Source of the DNA: an uncultured Candidatus Kuenenia sp.
Lineage (GTDB): Bacteria > Planctomycetota > Planctomycetia > Pirellulales > UBA1268
Assembly: GCA_964453165.1 (NCBI GenBank)
Contig: CAYVNX010000006.1
Span: 1 to 60,246 of the forward strand
Length of the DNA: 60,246 nt
Direction of reading: 5' to 3'
The position numbers were made by a program, and so were the translations under genes. Under the pieces are notes generated by a model. That model had not been told where the DNA came from and ran no database searches. It saw only the letters and a program-made list of their open reading frames with translations. This document shows positions 38,454 to 49,149 of this stretch, one piece after another; the first letter of the stretch is position 1; each line of letters starts with the position of its first letter.

Positions 38454-39715
38454 GTCCGCTTCCCCGTGACGTCGCGTTCATAGGCTCGCACCGCGTCGAG
38501 CCAGCCGTGGCCCACGGGCACGCCGTGGGTCTCGCAGAATCGATCCCAGACCGCGCCCACCGGCAGAAGTTTGGCCTCTTCTTGGAGGGCCAGCCGGGCC
38601 GTGAGGTCGCCGGCCGCCTCCGCCGCCCGGATCGCTGGAGGCTCGAGCAGGCCGGCGAGCAGTGCCTTTTGCATGTTGCGGACGCCGATCACCCAGGCGG
38701 CTACGCGATTGATGCTGGCGTCGAAGTAGTCGAGCCCGACGTGGATCCGTTCGGGGGCGCCGGTGGCGATGATCTCGCGGGCGATCGCCAACAGGTCGTC
38801 GCCGAGCGTGACCACATGGTCGCTGTCCCAGCGGACCCCGCGGCTCACATGGAGCAGGATCTCGGGCAGGTAGAGGAGCACGCTCGAAATCTTGTCGGCG
38901 ATCGACTCGGTGGGGTGGTAGTGGCCGGCGTCGAGGCAGAGGAGTGTGCCCCGGGAGATCGCGTAGCCGAGATAGAACTCGTGGGAGCCGACGGTGCAGC
39001 TCTCGGCGCCGATCCCGAACAGCTTCGGCTCGACGGCGTCGAGCAGGTGCTCCTTGGCGAAGGGCTTTTCGAACACGGCGTCGAGGGCGGCGGCCAGCCG
39101 TTGCCGCGGGGCCATCCGATCGGCGGGCGTGTCCTTGAAGCCGTCCGGGATCCAGACGTTCGTGACGCAGGGCGTGCCCAGGGCGGTGCCCATCGCGGCC
39201 CCGATCTCCCGGCAGCGGCGGCAGTGCTCGATCCAAAAGCTGCGGATGCCGTCGTCGGGGCTCGAGAGCGTGAGGCCGTCGGCGGCCTTGGGGTGGGAGA
39301 AGCAGGTGGGATTGAAGTCGAGGCCCACGCCCCGTTCCTTGGCCCAGCCGATCCAGCCGGCGAAGTGGGCCGGCTCGATCGCGTCGCGGTCGACCCGCTT
39401 GCCGCCGAACTCGCCATAGAAGGCGTGGAGGTTAAGCCGATGGCGGCCTGGGATCAGGGAGAGCGCCTGGTCGAGATCCGAGCGGAGTTCGTCGGGCGTG
39501 CGGGCTCGGCCCGGGTAGTTTCCCGTGACGGCCAGGCCGCCGCCGAGGGCGTCACCGGCCGACTCGAAGCCCTGCACGTCGTCGCCCTGCCAGCAGTGGA
39601 GCGAGATCGGGATCGCGGCGAGGGCCTTCTGGGCGCGATCCGTATCGACGCCGAGAGCGGCGTAGCGGTCGCGGGCGAGCGAGTAGGCGGCGTCGGTGGC
39701 GGCCGAAGCGGGCAT
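38450..39715 (-). CDS. rhaA: L-rhamnose isomerase
   Basis: [67 protein letters not shown]. Confidence 0.97.
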   Translation of the reverse strand: MPASAATDAAYSLARDRYAALGVDTDRAQKALAAIPISLHCWQGDDVQGFESAGDALGGGLAVTGNYPGRARTPDELRSDLDQALSLIPGRHRLNLHAFYGEFGGKRVDRDAIEPAHFAGWIGWAKERGVGLDFNPTCFSHPKAADGLTLSSPDDGIRSFWIEHCRRCREIGAAMGTALGTPCVTNVWIPDGFKDTPADRMAPRQRLAAALDAVFEKPFAKEHLLDAVEPKLFGIGAESCTVGSHEFYLGYAISRGTLLCLDAGHYHPTESIADKISSVLLYLPEILLHVSRGVRWDSDHVVTLGDDLLAIAREIIATGAPERIHVGLDYFDASINRVAAWVIGVRNMQKALLAGLLEPPAIRAAEAAGDLTARLALQEEAKLLPVGAVWDRFCETHGVPVGHGWLDAVRAYERDVTGKRT

Positions 39716-39806
39716 GGCGTTCCCTCCAAAGCCCGCGATTGTCGCGATGCCGACGGGAATTACCAGAGCCCGTTTTGGGTCCGCATCGGACGCCCCGCTC
39801 GGCCGC

Positions 39807-40631
39807 TCAGGCGGCTTGCCGCCTCGAAGTCAGCCGCCGCAGGCACGCCAGGGTCAGCCCCGCACCGACGATCACAAACGAGCCGGGCTCGGGCACGACG
39901 ACCAGGTTGTTTGCGTATTGGTTGTTGCCGCTACCGGGCCCGGCGTTGAAATTGAAGAAGCGGATCTGCGAAATGTCCGAAGCCGCAAGATCCAGGTTCG
40001 TGTTGGTCACGCTTACCCCATCGAACTCCAAGGAGTAGGTATTTCCCACGAGTTGGGTGAACAGGATGGTTTGGTAGTCGGTGTTGTTCGGCCAGTTTGA
40101 TGCGGCATAGGACGTATTTGCGCCCGTGATGTTTTCTTGACCGCCAACATCGATCAGTTTGAATGCATCGGTAGGATCATTGCCGACGTAGAACGTCTCA
40201 AATCGATTCGTGCCACTGCTATTCTGAAGAGAGATTCCAACGGTACCTCCAAAGTTTATGAAACCCAGCGACAACTGAATCTCGACAGTGCCGCCGACAG
40301 GCAGCGTGGACAAACCCGTCGCGGTCTGCAACGCCGAGGCGAAAGAATAGGTCATGCTGGCTGTTTGACCAGTATTCGCGTAGAGACCCCAGGATGTCCC
40401 CATGGCCGTGCTCCCGGCCGCGCCGGTGAAGCTTCCATTTTCGCTGCCATTGCCCGACGTATTGGAAAACGTCCAGCCCGTCGTGCCGTTCGTACCGGCA
40501 TTCACCGAGACGATCGTCGCTCTGACGTGACTGGTGGAGAGCAGAAGACCGGCGGCTACAAAGATGCTGGCGGTCTTCGGGGATATGAGCGAGCTGAGCG
40601 TACGGCGTGGACGCAAGTCTGTGAGCGGCAT
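39807..40631 (-). CDS. PEP-CTERM protein, low-GC, Asn/Thr/Gly-rich
   Basis: Signal peptide; terminal [22 protein letters not shown]. Confidence 0.85.
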   Translation of the reverse strand: MPLTDLRPRRTLSSLISPKTASIFVAAGLLLSTSHVRATIVSVNAGTNGTTGWTFSNTSGNGSENGSFTGAAGSTAMGTSWGLYANTGQTASMTYSFASALQTATGLSTLPVGGTVEIQLSLGFINFGGTVGISLQNSSGTNRFETFYVGNDPTDAFKLIDVGGQENITGANTSYAASNWPNNTDYQTILFTQLVGNTYSLEFDGVSVTNTNLDLAASDISQIRFFNFNAGPGSGNNQYANNLVVVPEPGSFVIVGAGLTLACLRRLTSRRQAA

Positions 40632-41165
40632 GGCCTGAATCACCCAAGAGTTCCCGAGTTCGGGAGAGCCCGTCTCCCCCGCCCCTACCGCCGTACGTGG
40701 ACAGCAAATCTCGCACCGTTCAGGCTTCGGCCCCTTTTTTTCTCCGTTAGGTTGTCGGAAGCCGTTGTGAAATCAGGGTTTTGGCACAGTCTTCCCTGGG
40801 ACGGCATGGCTCGCCGTCACCGTGCCAGTGGAGCGATTCGCACCACCTCTCACGCAGTGCTGGAGCGAATCGCTCCACTTAGGCCTCCGGGGTGGGTTAA
40901 TTTGCCTCACCGCGCAAGAGGGGGATCAACAGTCCGGAGAGGTGGTCCCCGGCTTGCGCGACTGCTCGACTGCCGGCTCCTGTTCCCCGCGATGGTTGGA
41001 CAGGGGTCGGGCAGCCACCCACGACCCGAAGAAGTTCGCCCCGGACTCGCTTGCCAGTCTCGTGCCGAGGGGCTAACTTGTCGCCAGGGGGGTGGGCAAT
41101 GGTCCCGCCGCGTTCGTTGCTGGTTGGTTCGATCAATCCTCGCTCCTAGAGAAAGGGTTCGCTCC

Positions 41166-41912
41166 ATGAAGACAATCGTTTCCGTCGCCATCCTCGCTGC
41201 GGCCGTGGCGACGAGTTCAGTCCGTGGGCAGACGGTGTCGGAGACGTTCGCGGGCAACCAAAACACGAGCTTTGGGGGCGCTGTCGGCAACGGTTCGTTG
41301 CAGGTCGTGAATGACAGCCTGGGGGCCATCAACTTCACGTACACCCGGGGCTCGTCCAACTTCGACAATGCGATCGTGATCTACATCGACAGCGTGACAG
41401 GGGGCGCCACCTCGACCTCCGGGTTCACCGACACGGGCGATGGTCTGCGAAGGGCGATTTCCGGCGTAGATGGCGGGAATCGGTCGACCTTGAACTTCGC
41501 CGGCGGCTTCGGGGCCGATTACGCGATTGCTCTCAATAATGGCTTTGCCGGTTTGTGGAGCCTCTCGAATCCGGCAAGCTTTCCCTTTCAGACCTCCGCC
41601 GGGCTGTTGCCTGGTAGCGCGACGCAGACCGAGGCGTCGTATACCTTCGGCATCACCGCCGCGGACATCGGCCTCACGGCCAACAGCGGTGACTCATTCT
41701 CGTTCTTCTCCACCTACGTCAGCGAGACTGCGTTCCGGTCGGTGGAGACCTTCGGGGCTTCGTACACCGGATCGCCTTCCGCCGGCTGGAACACCTTCGA
41801 TGCCGCGGGCGTGAACGCGTTTACGCTCGTGCCCGAGCCGACGACCTGCGGATTTCTGACCGCCGCTGCGGTGGCCATGGCCGCACGGATGGCACGCCGC
41901 CGCGCCTCCTGA
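41166..41912 (+). CDS. PEP-CTERM protein
   Basis: MKTIVSVAILAAAV signal peptide; terminal VPEPTTCGFLTAAAVAMAARMARRR. Confidence 0.85.
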   Translation: MKTIVSVAILAAAVATSSVRGQTVSETFAGNQNTSFGGAVGNGSLQVVNDSLGAINFTYTRGSSNFDNAIVIYIDSVTGGATSTSGFTDTGDGLRRAISGVDGGNRSTLNFAGGFGADYAIALNNGFAGLWSLSNPASFPFQTSAGLLPGSATQTEASYTFGITAADIGLTANSGDSFSFFSTYVSETAFRSVETFGASYTGSPSAGWNTFDAAGVNAFTLVPEPTTCGFLTAAAVAMAARMARRRAS

Positions 41913-41965
41913 TGGGCTGATCACGCGATTCAATTGACCCGCTCGTGCAGACGGGCTGTTGCGGG

Positions 41966-41971
41966 CATAAT
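41966..41971 (+). promoter_or_regulatory. Putative -10 element (CATAAT) 6 nt before the ATG at 41978
   Basis: Near-consensus hexamer with leaderless-type spacing. Confidence 0.35.
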
Positions 41972-41977
41972 CCGGCC

Positions 41978-42865
41978 ATGCCCGTGCCAGCCCCCGATTC
42001 CTCGTCAGCCCCTGAACACGCCGCGGCCTCGCCTCAGGTCGTTGATCCGGCCGCCAAGGGGCGGCGGCTTCCGTGGCACCCGGGGCGAGACGTGACCGGC
42101 CGTCTGTTGTTTCTCGGCACCGGCACGAGCGTGGGCGTGCCGATGGTGGGCTGCGGCTGCGACACCTGCCGCGACGGCGGCCCCAAGGACGTGCGGACGC
42201 GGACGAGTGCGATCGTCGGGCTGCCCGAGGGGCACCTGCTGATCGACACCACGCCCGACCTGCGGACGCAGCTCCTGCGGGAAAACATCGGCCGGGTCGA
42301 TGCCGTGCTCTACACCCACGACCACGTCGATCACGTCTACGGCCTCGACGACGTGCGGCCGCTCTGCTTCCACTCCGGCCGGCCGATGCAGGTGCTCTGC
42401 GAAGAGGCGGTCGAGCGGCGGATCCGCTCGGCCTTCGACTACGCCTTCTCCGACAAGCCGCCGGCCGGCGGAGGTGTGCCCAAGCTCGGCTTCGCTCGGA
42501 TCGGCACCGAACCCTTCGACCTGCTCGGGGCTCGCATCGTACCGCTGCGGCTCGAGCATGGCCCCTTCGCCGTGCTCGGGTTCCGGTTCGGCAAGGTCGC
42601 CTACTGCACCGACACCAGCGGCATTCCGGATGCCACCTGGTCGTTGCTCGAGGGCCTCGACATGCTCGTGCTCGACTGCCTCCGGCACACGACCCACCCC
42701 ACCCACTTTTCGCTCGCCGAGGCGCTGGCGGTGGTCGAACGGCTGCGGCCGAAGCGGACGCTGCTCGTGCACCTCTCCCACGAGCTGCCCCACGAAGCCA
42801 CGAGCCGGATGCTGCCGACCGGCGTGGAACTCGCCTACGACGGCCTCGAAGTGCCGCTCACCTGA
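41978..42865 (+). CDS. MBL-fold metallo-hydrolase, PhnP/LipB-like
   Basis: LGTGTSVGVP..GCGCDTC, THDHVDH..GLDD, AYCTD, HPTHF, HLSH, AYDG. Confidence 0.9.
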   Translation: MPVPAPDSSSAPEHAAASPQVVDPAAKGRRLPWHPGRDVTGRLLFLGTGTSVGVPMVGCGCDTCRDGGPKDVRTRTSAIVGLPEGHLLIDTTPDLRTQLLRENIGRVDAVLYTHDHVDHVYGLDDVRPLCFHSGRPMQVLCEEAVERRIRSAFDYAFSDKPPAGGGVPKLGFARIGTEPFDLLGARIVPLRLEHGPFAVLGFRFGKVAYCTDTSGIPDATWSLLEGLDMLVLDCLRHTTHPTHFSLAEALAVVERLRPKRTLLVHLSHELPHEATSRMLPTGVELAYDGLEVPLT

Positions 42866-43128
42866 CGGCTCGGCTTGGCAACGTTGGTGCCCAAAGCCGC
42901 TGGCCAGGTATCGGCCGGGGGTTGCCGAAACCGTTTCATCGTTCGGCGACACGCGCTGAACCCCGAACGCAAGCCTTGACCTGCAGGAAATCTTTGATCT
43001 GATTTTGTTGCGGTGGTCTGGCCAGCCCAGCAGCGGCAGGTTCGGTGTCCTCAGTTCATAAAGGTCGTGAGTTTCGGGCATCGCGGCCATGGGGTGTTGC
43101 CTGGGGCGGTCGGCTTGGGGCTGGAGCT

Positions 43129-45981
43129 ATGAACACTCGAGCGATGTCGCCGGTCGGGCCGACCCCCTGGTCTCTGCACGCATGGGTCGCGGCATCGTTG
43201 TGGGCTGTGCTGCTCGGCGGGCGGGCGGTCGGGCAGCGAGTCGATCGGTTTGACGCCGCCGAAACCTTTCAGACGATTGACCATTTTGCCGCCCACGACT
43301 CATGGACCGGGCAGGCTTATGGCGCATGGGCGCCAGCGCGACGGGAGTTGATGGCCGATGCTCTGTTCGATCGCGAGGCGGGGATCGGCCTGAGCGGCTG
43401 GTATTTCCACCTTGGGGCGGGGACCGACACAGCAATCGCTTCGCAGAGTTATCCGTGGCGGCTTCGGACGCAGGAGAGCTTCCTCGTCTCACCCGGTGTG
43501 TATGACTGGAATCGCAATGTCGCGACTCGGAACCTCCTGGCCGACGCACTGGCTCGCGGCGTTGAACGGACGATGATGGTCGTCTATTCGCCGCCGGTCA
43601 GCATGACGACCAACGGTAGGCCCTACCCGACCAGTAGCGGAAACAATCTGCCGATCGGGTCCGAACAGGTCTTTGCCGACTACGTCGCCGACGTGCTCGA
43701 GCACTTCAGCGAGCACCCCGATCCCTCTCAGCGGGTCGACTTCGACTATGTCAGTCCGGTCAACGAACCGGAGTATGACTGGAGTGGCGGGGGGCAGGAG
43801 GGAAATGGTCGGCTGTCACCGGCAACGATTCGCGGCAGGTACATCCTCCCGCTGGCACGCGAACTGGCATCCCGGGAAATCCCTACCGGAATCCGCGGGC
43901 CGGAGTCAGCCAAGATTCAGTCGCTCTCCAGCGGGGAGAACTACCTGGCAACGCTGGCCGGCAATTCCGTCGTGAGCGGCCTTCTGGGGAACGTGCTCAG
44001 CTACCACAGCTATTTCTCGGACAATGATGCAAACATGTTGCCCCGGCGCCAGGAGGCTGCGTCGGCGATGGCGGCCTATCCAGGGTGGGACCTGTGGCAG
44101 ACGGAATACTGCATTCTGTTTGACAATGCTTCGGCCGGGCTGTCCGGCTCCGGCAACGATACGAGCATGACGACGGCGTTGGCCGTCGCACGCACCATGC
44201 ATTTCGACCTGACAGTGGCCAATGTCGCGGCCTGGAGTTACTGGCTTGCCGCCACGCCGTGGGAACACAACTACAAGGACGGCCTGATCTACTTCGACAA
44301 TGCGAGGCAGACTTTTCAGGTCGCCAAGGTGGGCTGGGCCATGGCTCACTATTCCCGATTCATCAGGCCGGGTGCCCAGCGGATCGAATTCGCCGGCGGG
44401 AACGATGACATCGGCGGCCTCCTCACCAGCGGCTGGCGGCATGATGAGACGGGAGACCTCACGCTCGTCTACACCAACCAACTCACGACGTCTCAGGTCG
44501 TCACGCCGCTTGTGACCGGGGCCGAAGGGTTCGATTCGGACTACTTCACCCCGTATCGTACGACCGATGCCTCCGCCGACAACGTGCGGCCGTTGCCTCC
44601 TTTTCTCGCTGGAGAGTCGACCATCCTGCCGGCCCGGTCGCTGACCACGCTCGTGGGCGGCACGTTTGCCGAAGACAACACCGGCAAGCAGATTGCGACC
44701 CTGTCCGGTGCGCGGGATTACACGCTCGGCGGCGGTATGCTTGAACTCAGTCACGGTGGGGGAACCTACTCGGGCCGCCTCGACGGCCCCGGAGGATTCA
44801 TCAAACGGGGCGGGAGTCCGCTCACCCTCACGGCCCGGAGCCGACATGCAGGCGGAACGACGATCGCCGCCGGCAGCCTCGTGATCGCCGCCGGCGAGGG
44901 GACCGACTCGGCCGTCGGCACCGGCCTGCTGCGCATCGACGCCGGCGCAACTGTCTCGGCGGGGCAGGCCGCCTTCGGGGTGACGCCCTCGACTCCGGTC
45001 CTCATCAACGGCGGGGTGCTGCATCAGCGGGAGTCGGTCAGTCGTATGGCGGAGGTGACCTTCAGGGGGGGAATATTTTCAGGGAGCGCCGGAAGCGGTG
45101 TCGGTCTGCAACGCCGCGTCACCGCCCAGGCGGCGACGACCACCGCGGTGATGTCGGTGCCATCGGTCGAACTCGAGGCCGACATCGTCTTTGACGTCGA
45201 GGATGGGCCGGCGGCCGTCGATCTCCAGATTCGATCGGTTCTGGCAGGGGAGTTTGGATTCGCCAAGGTGGGCGCAGGTGTGCTCGATCTCCGCGGGGCG
45301 GGGTCCCAGCGGGGCGACACCGTCGTGAGCGGTGGAACGCTTCGGCTCGGGCATGCCCAGAGCCTGGGGACCAGTCGGCTTTTCATCAATGCGGGCACCC
45401 GGGTCGAAGTCGCCGACGGGGTGAGCCTGGAGGTTCGGCACCTGGGCATGAGCGGGGGTGGCTTGGACGTCGGCCGCGGGAGCCTTCGAATCATGGAGGA
45501 CGCACGCGAGGAGGTCATTCGCACCCTGATCATGGTCGGCCGAAGCCCACAGGGTGAGGGCGACATCGGAATCGTTTCGTCTTCGGCATGGATCGACCCC
45601 GTTCGGCTCACGGTCGGGTACCGGGCGAGTGGTGGCGTGATGGTGGTCGGGCTCGCGCCGGTCGGCGATTCCACGCTTGACGGTCAGGTCGACGCGTTCG
45701 ATCTCATCGCCATGGCGGCGGCCAATCGCTACCAGACCGGGCTCGCAGCCGGCTGGGAGGCAGGCGACGTGAATTACAGCGGCCGATTCGACGTCTTCGA
45801 TTTGCTCGACGTGTCGGCGAGCGGGAATTACGCCGCCGGGCGGATCACCGCCCACGCCGTGCCTGGGCCCGGCACCGGCGGACTGGTGGTAGCGGGCGGC
45901 ACCGCGCTCGTCGCGTGGGCCCGACTTCGGTGCCAAGCCGGCGGTGTGATGGCGGGGCGTCGGGTCGCGGGCCGTCGGTGA
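43129..45981 (+). CDS. GH30-like glycoside hydrolase + autotransporter-associated repeats + dockerin-like module + VPGP-variant sorting signal
   Basis: FQTIDHF, GIGLS, SPVNEPEY (acid/base), WQTEYC (nucleophile), YSRFIRPG; GDVNYSG; AVPGP-TM-basic tail. Confidence 0.8.
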   Translation: MNTRAMSPVGPTPWSLHAWVAASLWAVLLGGRAVGQRVDRFDAAETFQTIDHFAAHDSWTGQAYGAWAPARRELMADALFDREAGIGLSGWYFHLGAGTDTAIASQSYPWRLRTQESFLVSPGVYDWNRNVATRNLLADALARGVERTMMVVYSPPVSMTTNGRPYPTSSGNNLPIGSEQVFADYVADVLEHFSEHPDPSQRVDFDYVSPVNEPEYDWSGGGQEGNGRLSPATIRGRYILPLARELASREIPTGIRGPESAKIQSLSSGENYLATLAGNSVVSGLLGNVLSYHSYFSDNDANMLPRRQEAASAMAAYPGWDLWQTEYCILFDNASAGLSGSGNDTSMTTALAVARTMHFDLTVANVAAWSYWLAATPWEHNYKDGLIYFDNARQTFQVAKVGWAMAHYSRFIRPGAQRIEFAGGNDDIGGLLTSGWRHDETGDLTLVYTNQLTTSQVVTPLVTGAEGFDSDYFTPYRTTDASADNVRPLPPFLAGESTILPARSLTTLVGGTFAEDNTGKQIATLSGARDYTLGGGMLELSHGGGTYSGRLDGPGGFIKRGGSPLTLTARSRHAGGTTIAAGSLVIAAGEGTDSAVGTGLLRIDAGATVSAGQAAFGVTPSTPVLINGGVLHQRESVSRMAEVTFRGGIFSGSAGSGVGLQRRVTAQAATTTAVMSVPSVELEADIVFDVEDGPAAVDLQIRSVLAGEFGFAKVGAGVLDLRGAGSQRGDTVVSGGTLRLGHAQSLGTSRLFINAGTRVEVADGVSLEVRHLGMSGGGLDVGRGSLRIMEDAREEVIRTLIMVGRSPQGEGDIGIVSSSAWIDPVRLTVGYRASGGVMVVGLAPVGDSTLDGQVDAFDLIAMAAANRYQTGLAAGWEAGDVNYSGRFDVFDLLDVSASGNYAAGRITAHAVPGPGTGGLVVAGGTALVAWARLRCQAGGVMAGRRVAGRR

Positions 45982-46018
45982 TGGGTGAAGTTCAGCAACG
46001 GCGCGGTTCTGCGACGGA

Positions 46019-46760
46019 GTGCAGACGCAGGCGGAAGCCGGCTACCCTGTCATCGAATCGGCTCCGTCGGTGACGAAGGCCGGGGTCGGTGGATTGGCGA
46101 TGGATGCTGTCAATGGCTATGCCGGACCGACGACGGTGGCTGCGGGCACCCTTGAAGTGGCGAACTCGAATGGCTTGGCTGCCACGGCCGTGACGGTCGT
46201 CATCGGGCCGACTCTTGGCATCGCTTCCGCGGTGACACGCGGCCTGCCGCGGCGATGACCTTCGAGGAGATGCTCTACACACTCAATGACCATCCGAGCG
46301 CGGGGCCTCACAACAGCTGGACCGGCACCATCGGCATGGCCTTCGCAACCTGGCAATCCGGCGCGATGGTCAGTCATCTCGGGTATTACGACCGCGACGG
46401 TGCCGGCGGTCGACGCGGCGTTACTTTGGTGGAACTGCTGGTGGTGATCCGCTGGCTGCCAGTCGGATCGTGTTCCAGCCTGAGTCGGGGCGGGGAGCAT
46501 TCGGAGGCGTTACCATCGGGCAGATCGTGGACGTTACGACCTACACGTCAGGGGACGGTGTGCCGATTGGTCGGCAGCGAATCGCCGTGCAGCCAGAGAT
46601 CGACGAAGGCCTGATGATGAAGGACCCAGCCGCCTATGCCGCCATGACGAGGCAGAGCGCCATCCCGGCCAGGTACCGCCAGCCCTCAACGTCTGACCTC
46701 ACTGCCGAGATTCTGCCGGGAGAGGAAAATGTGATCGAGATCGCGATCCCGCGGCAATGA
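46019..46760 (+). pseudogene. Mosaic remnant: fragments of an autotransporter-repeat protein, a PEP-CTERM-type N-domain, a DUF1559 N-terminus and a lipoprotein C-terminus
   Basis: TQAEAGYP...YAGPTTVAAGTLEV; WTGTIGMAF...LGYYDRDG; [13 protein letters not shown]; TTYTSGDGVPIG...IPARY..PSTSDLTAEI. Confidence 0.7.
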
Positions 46761-46800
46761 TGGCAGAGGCCTTTCGCCTGAGGGTGGGCGACTCTGGCGT

Positions 46801-49149
46801 TCAGCCCCGCCGCAGCCGGAGACTGTTGGCGATCACCGACAGCGAACTGACGGTCATGGCGGCGGCGGCCAGCATCGGGCTGGTGACGTGGCCGACCAGC
46901 GGATAGAAGAGGCCGGCGGCCACGGGGATCGCGAGCAGGTTGTAGAAGAAGGCGAGCGCCAGGTTCTGCCGCACCACCCGCATCGTCGCCGCCGCGAGAT
47001 CAAGGGCGCGGGGCAGGGCAGTCAGGCCGCCGGAGAGGAGCGTGACGTCGGCTGTCTCCAGGGCCACGTCGGCCCCCGATCCCATCGCGATGCCCACGTC
47101 GGCCGCGGCGAGTGCCGGGGCGTCGTTGATGCCGTCGCCGACAAACACGACGCTCTTCCGCGGCTGCCCTGCGGCAGCCGCAGCCGTGACGAGCGTGCGG
47201 ACGATGGCTTCCTTGTCGGCGGGAGACAATCCGCCGCGTGCTTTGGACATCCCGATGGCCTCGGCCACCGCCAGGGCCGTCGCCGGCGTGTCACCCGAGA
47301 GCAGTTCCAGGGCGATCCCTCGGTGACGGAGGTCGGCGATAATCGCCCGTGCCTCCGGCCGCGGCTCGTCGGCGATCGCCAGCCAGCCGATGCCGCGCTG
47401 ATCGACGGCCACGTGCACGAGCGTGGTGCCGGGTATGCCTGGCGGCATTGCTGGTATCGGGATGCCGGCATCCTTCAGAAACTGGCCGCTGCCGACGAGC
47501 ACGGTCTGGCCAGCCACGGTGCCCTGCACGCCGCGGCCCACCATGTCCTCGACATCTGTTGCGGGCGGTAGTTCGATCGCCACCGCATGGGCCGCTTCAA
47601 GGAACGCCTTCGCGAGGCCGTGACCGCTGGCGGCCTCGACGGCCGCGGCGGTGGCGAGCAGATCCCGGAGGGGGCCGGTCGTGAAATCGGGCTGCGTGGC
47701 CCGCGACACGTCGCCAGCAGCCGCGCTCGCGAGCCCGGCAGCCACGATCCGGGGCCGGCCCGCGGTCAGCGTGCCCGTCTTGTCGAAGACGACCGTGCCC
47801 GGCGCGGCGAGCCGTTCCACCGCGGCGGCGGACCGCAGCAGGATTCCCTCCCGGGCCGCCCGGCCGATTGCCACCGTCATCGCCAGCGGCGTGGCCAGCC
47901 CGAGGGCGCATGGGCAGGCGATCACGAGCACGCTCACCGCCGAGACGAGCCCCAGGGCCATCCGGGGCTGCGGGCCGAAGAGCGACCAGCCGAGAAACGT
48001 CAGCACGGCCACGGCCAGCACGGCCGGCACGAACACGGCCGCGATCCGATCGGCGAGGCTTTCGATCGGGGCGCGTCGGCTGTGGGCCTCGCGGACGAGC
48101 CGCGTGATTCGCGCCACGAGCGAGTCGTTGGCGGCGGCGGTGGCTTCGAGCAGGATCGCCCCCGTGCCGTTGATCGCCCCGCCGAGCACGCGGTCGCCCG
48201 GATGCTTCGCCACCGGCAGCGGCTCACCCGTCAGGAGCGACTCATCGCAACTTGTCTGGCCCTCGCGGAGGTGTCCATCGACCGGGATTCGAGCCCCGGG
48301 CTTTACGCGGAGCATGTCGCCAACCTGCACCGCCGCCAGCGGGATGATCTCGACGGTCGAAGCCGTCGTCGGTGTCGCCTTGTTCTGACAGCATGGGGCG
48401 ATCGGCATCGCCGCCGACTTGGCGCTGCCCACCCGCTCCGCCGTGGGCGGCGCGAGATCCATGAGCGACCGGATGGCTGTGGTCGTGCCCCGCCTGGCCC
48501 GGGTTTCGAGCATCTGGCCCAGCAGCACGAGCACCACGATCATCCCGGCCGATTCGAACGCGACCGGCACCGAGCCGTCGCTCGCGCGGAAGGCCGAGGG
48601 AAAGATCGCCGGGGCGATCGTCGCGAGCAGGCTCGAGCCCCAGGCCGCGAGCACACCGAGGGTGATCAGCGAAAACATCCCCGGCCGCCCAGAGCGGAAG
48701 CCGGCGATGCCGCCGGTGAGAATCGGCCATCCGCCCCAGAACACGATCGGCGTGGCGAGGAGCAGCTGCAGCCACTGGCCTCGGTGACCGCTCAATCCGA
48801 CCCGCTCGAACCACGCGGCGATCGCATGGCCACCGAGCCGGTCGGGCAGTATGTGGCCGAGCATCGGCCCCATCGCGATCGCGAACAGCACCAGGCCGAG
48901 CACCGTGCAGACGGCCAGCCGGATGCGTTCGCGGACGAGATTCGTCCCGGCCCCCGCCGCCTGGCCCACCGGCTCGAGCGGCATGCCGCAGAGGTCGCAA
49001 ACGCCCGGCTGCGATCGCACCATCTGCGGGTGCATCGGACAGGCCCAGCCCAGTTCACCCGGGCCCGCCTGGGCGCAGCAGGGCTTCGGGGCTGCCGTAG
49101 CTTGGGGCGGTTCGGGCTGGATGACCTGCAGCGGAATCACGCATTTCAC
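46801..49149 (-). CDS. copA: P1B-type heavy-metal (Cu+-like) translocating ATPase
   Basis: CPMHP...CDLCGM metal-binding domain, [30 protein letters not shown] and MxxSS. Confidence 0.9.
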   Translation of the reverse strand: MKCVIPLQVIQPEPPQATAAPKPCCAQAGPGELGWACPMHPQMVRSQPGVCDLCGMPLEPVGQAAGAGTNLVRERIRLAVCTVLGLVLFAIAMGPMLGHILPDRLGGHAIAAWFERVGLSGHRGQWLQLLLATPIVFWGGWPILTGGIAGFRSGRPGMFSLITLGVLAAWGSSLLATIAPAIFPSAFRASDGSVPVAFESAGMIVVLVLLGQMLETRARRGTTTAIRSLMDLAPPTAERVGSAKSAAMPIAPCCQNKATPTTASTVEIIPLAAVQVGDMLRVKPGARIPVDGHLREGQTSCDESLLTGEPLPVAKHPGDRVLGGAINGTGAILLEATAAANDSLVARITRLVREAHSRRAPIESLADRIAAVFVPAVLAVAVLTFLGWSLFGPQPRMALGLVSAVSVLVIACPCALGLATPLAMTVAIGRAAREGILLRSAAAVERLAAPGTVVFDKTGTLTAGRPRIVAAGLASAAAGDVSRATQPDFTTGPLRDLLATAAAVEAASGHGLAKAFLEAAHAVAIELPPATDVEDMVGRGVQGTVAGQTVLVGSGQFLKDAGIPIPAMPPGIPGTTLVHVAVDQRGIGWLAIADEPRPEARAIIADLRHRGIALELLSGDTPATALAVAEAIGMSKARGGLSPADKEAIVRTLVTAAAAAGQPRKSVVFVGDGINDAPALAAADVGIAMGSGADVALETADVTLLSGGLTALPRALDLAAATMRVVRQNLALAFFYNLLAIPVAAGLFYPLVGHVTSPMLAAAAMTVSSLSVIANSLRLRRG

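Noticed and set aside
40722-40742. GGC-TTCG-GCC plus T-run as a terminator
   Set aside because: Only a 3-bp stem, and no plus-strand gene ends upstream of it.
40137-41165. N-terminal extension of the plus-strand PEP-CTERM ORF
   Set aside because: Overlaps the opposite PEP-CTERM gene and the intergenic gap; the signal peptide begins at 41166.
42927-42938. GAAACCGTTTCA LacI-like operator upstream of the GH30 gene
   Set aside because: Short, odd-centred palindrome with no LacI gene in the window; too weak to call.
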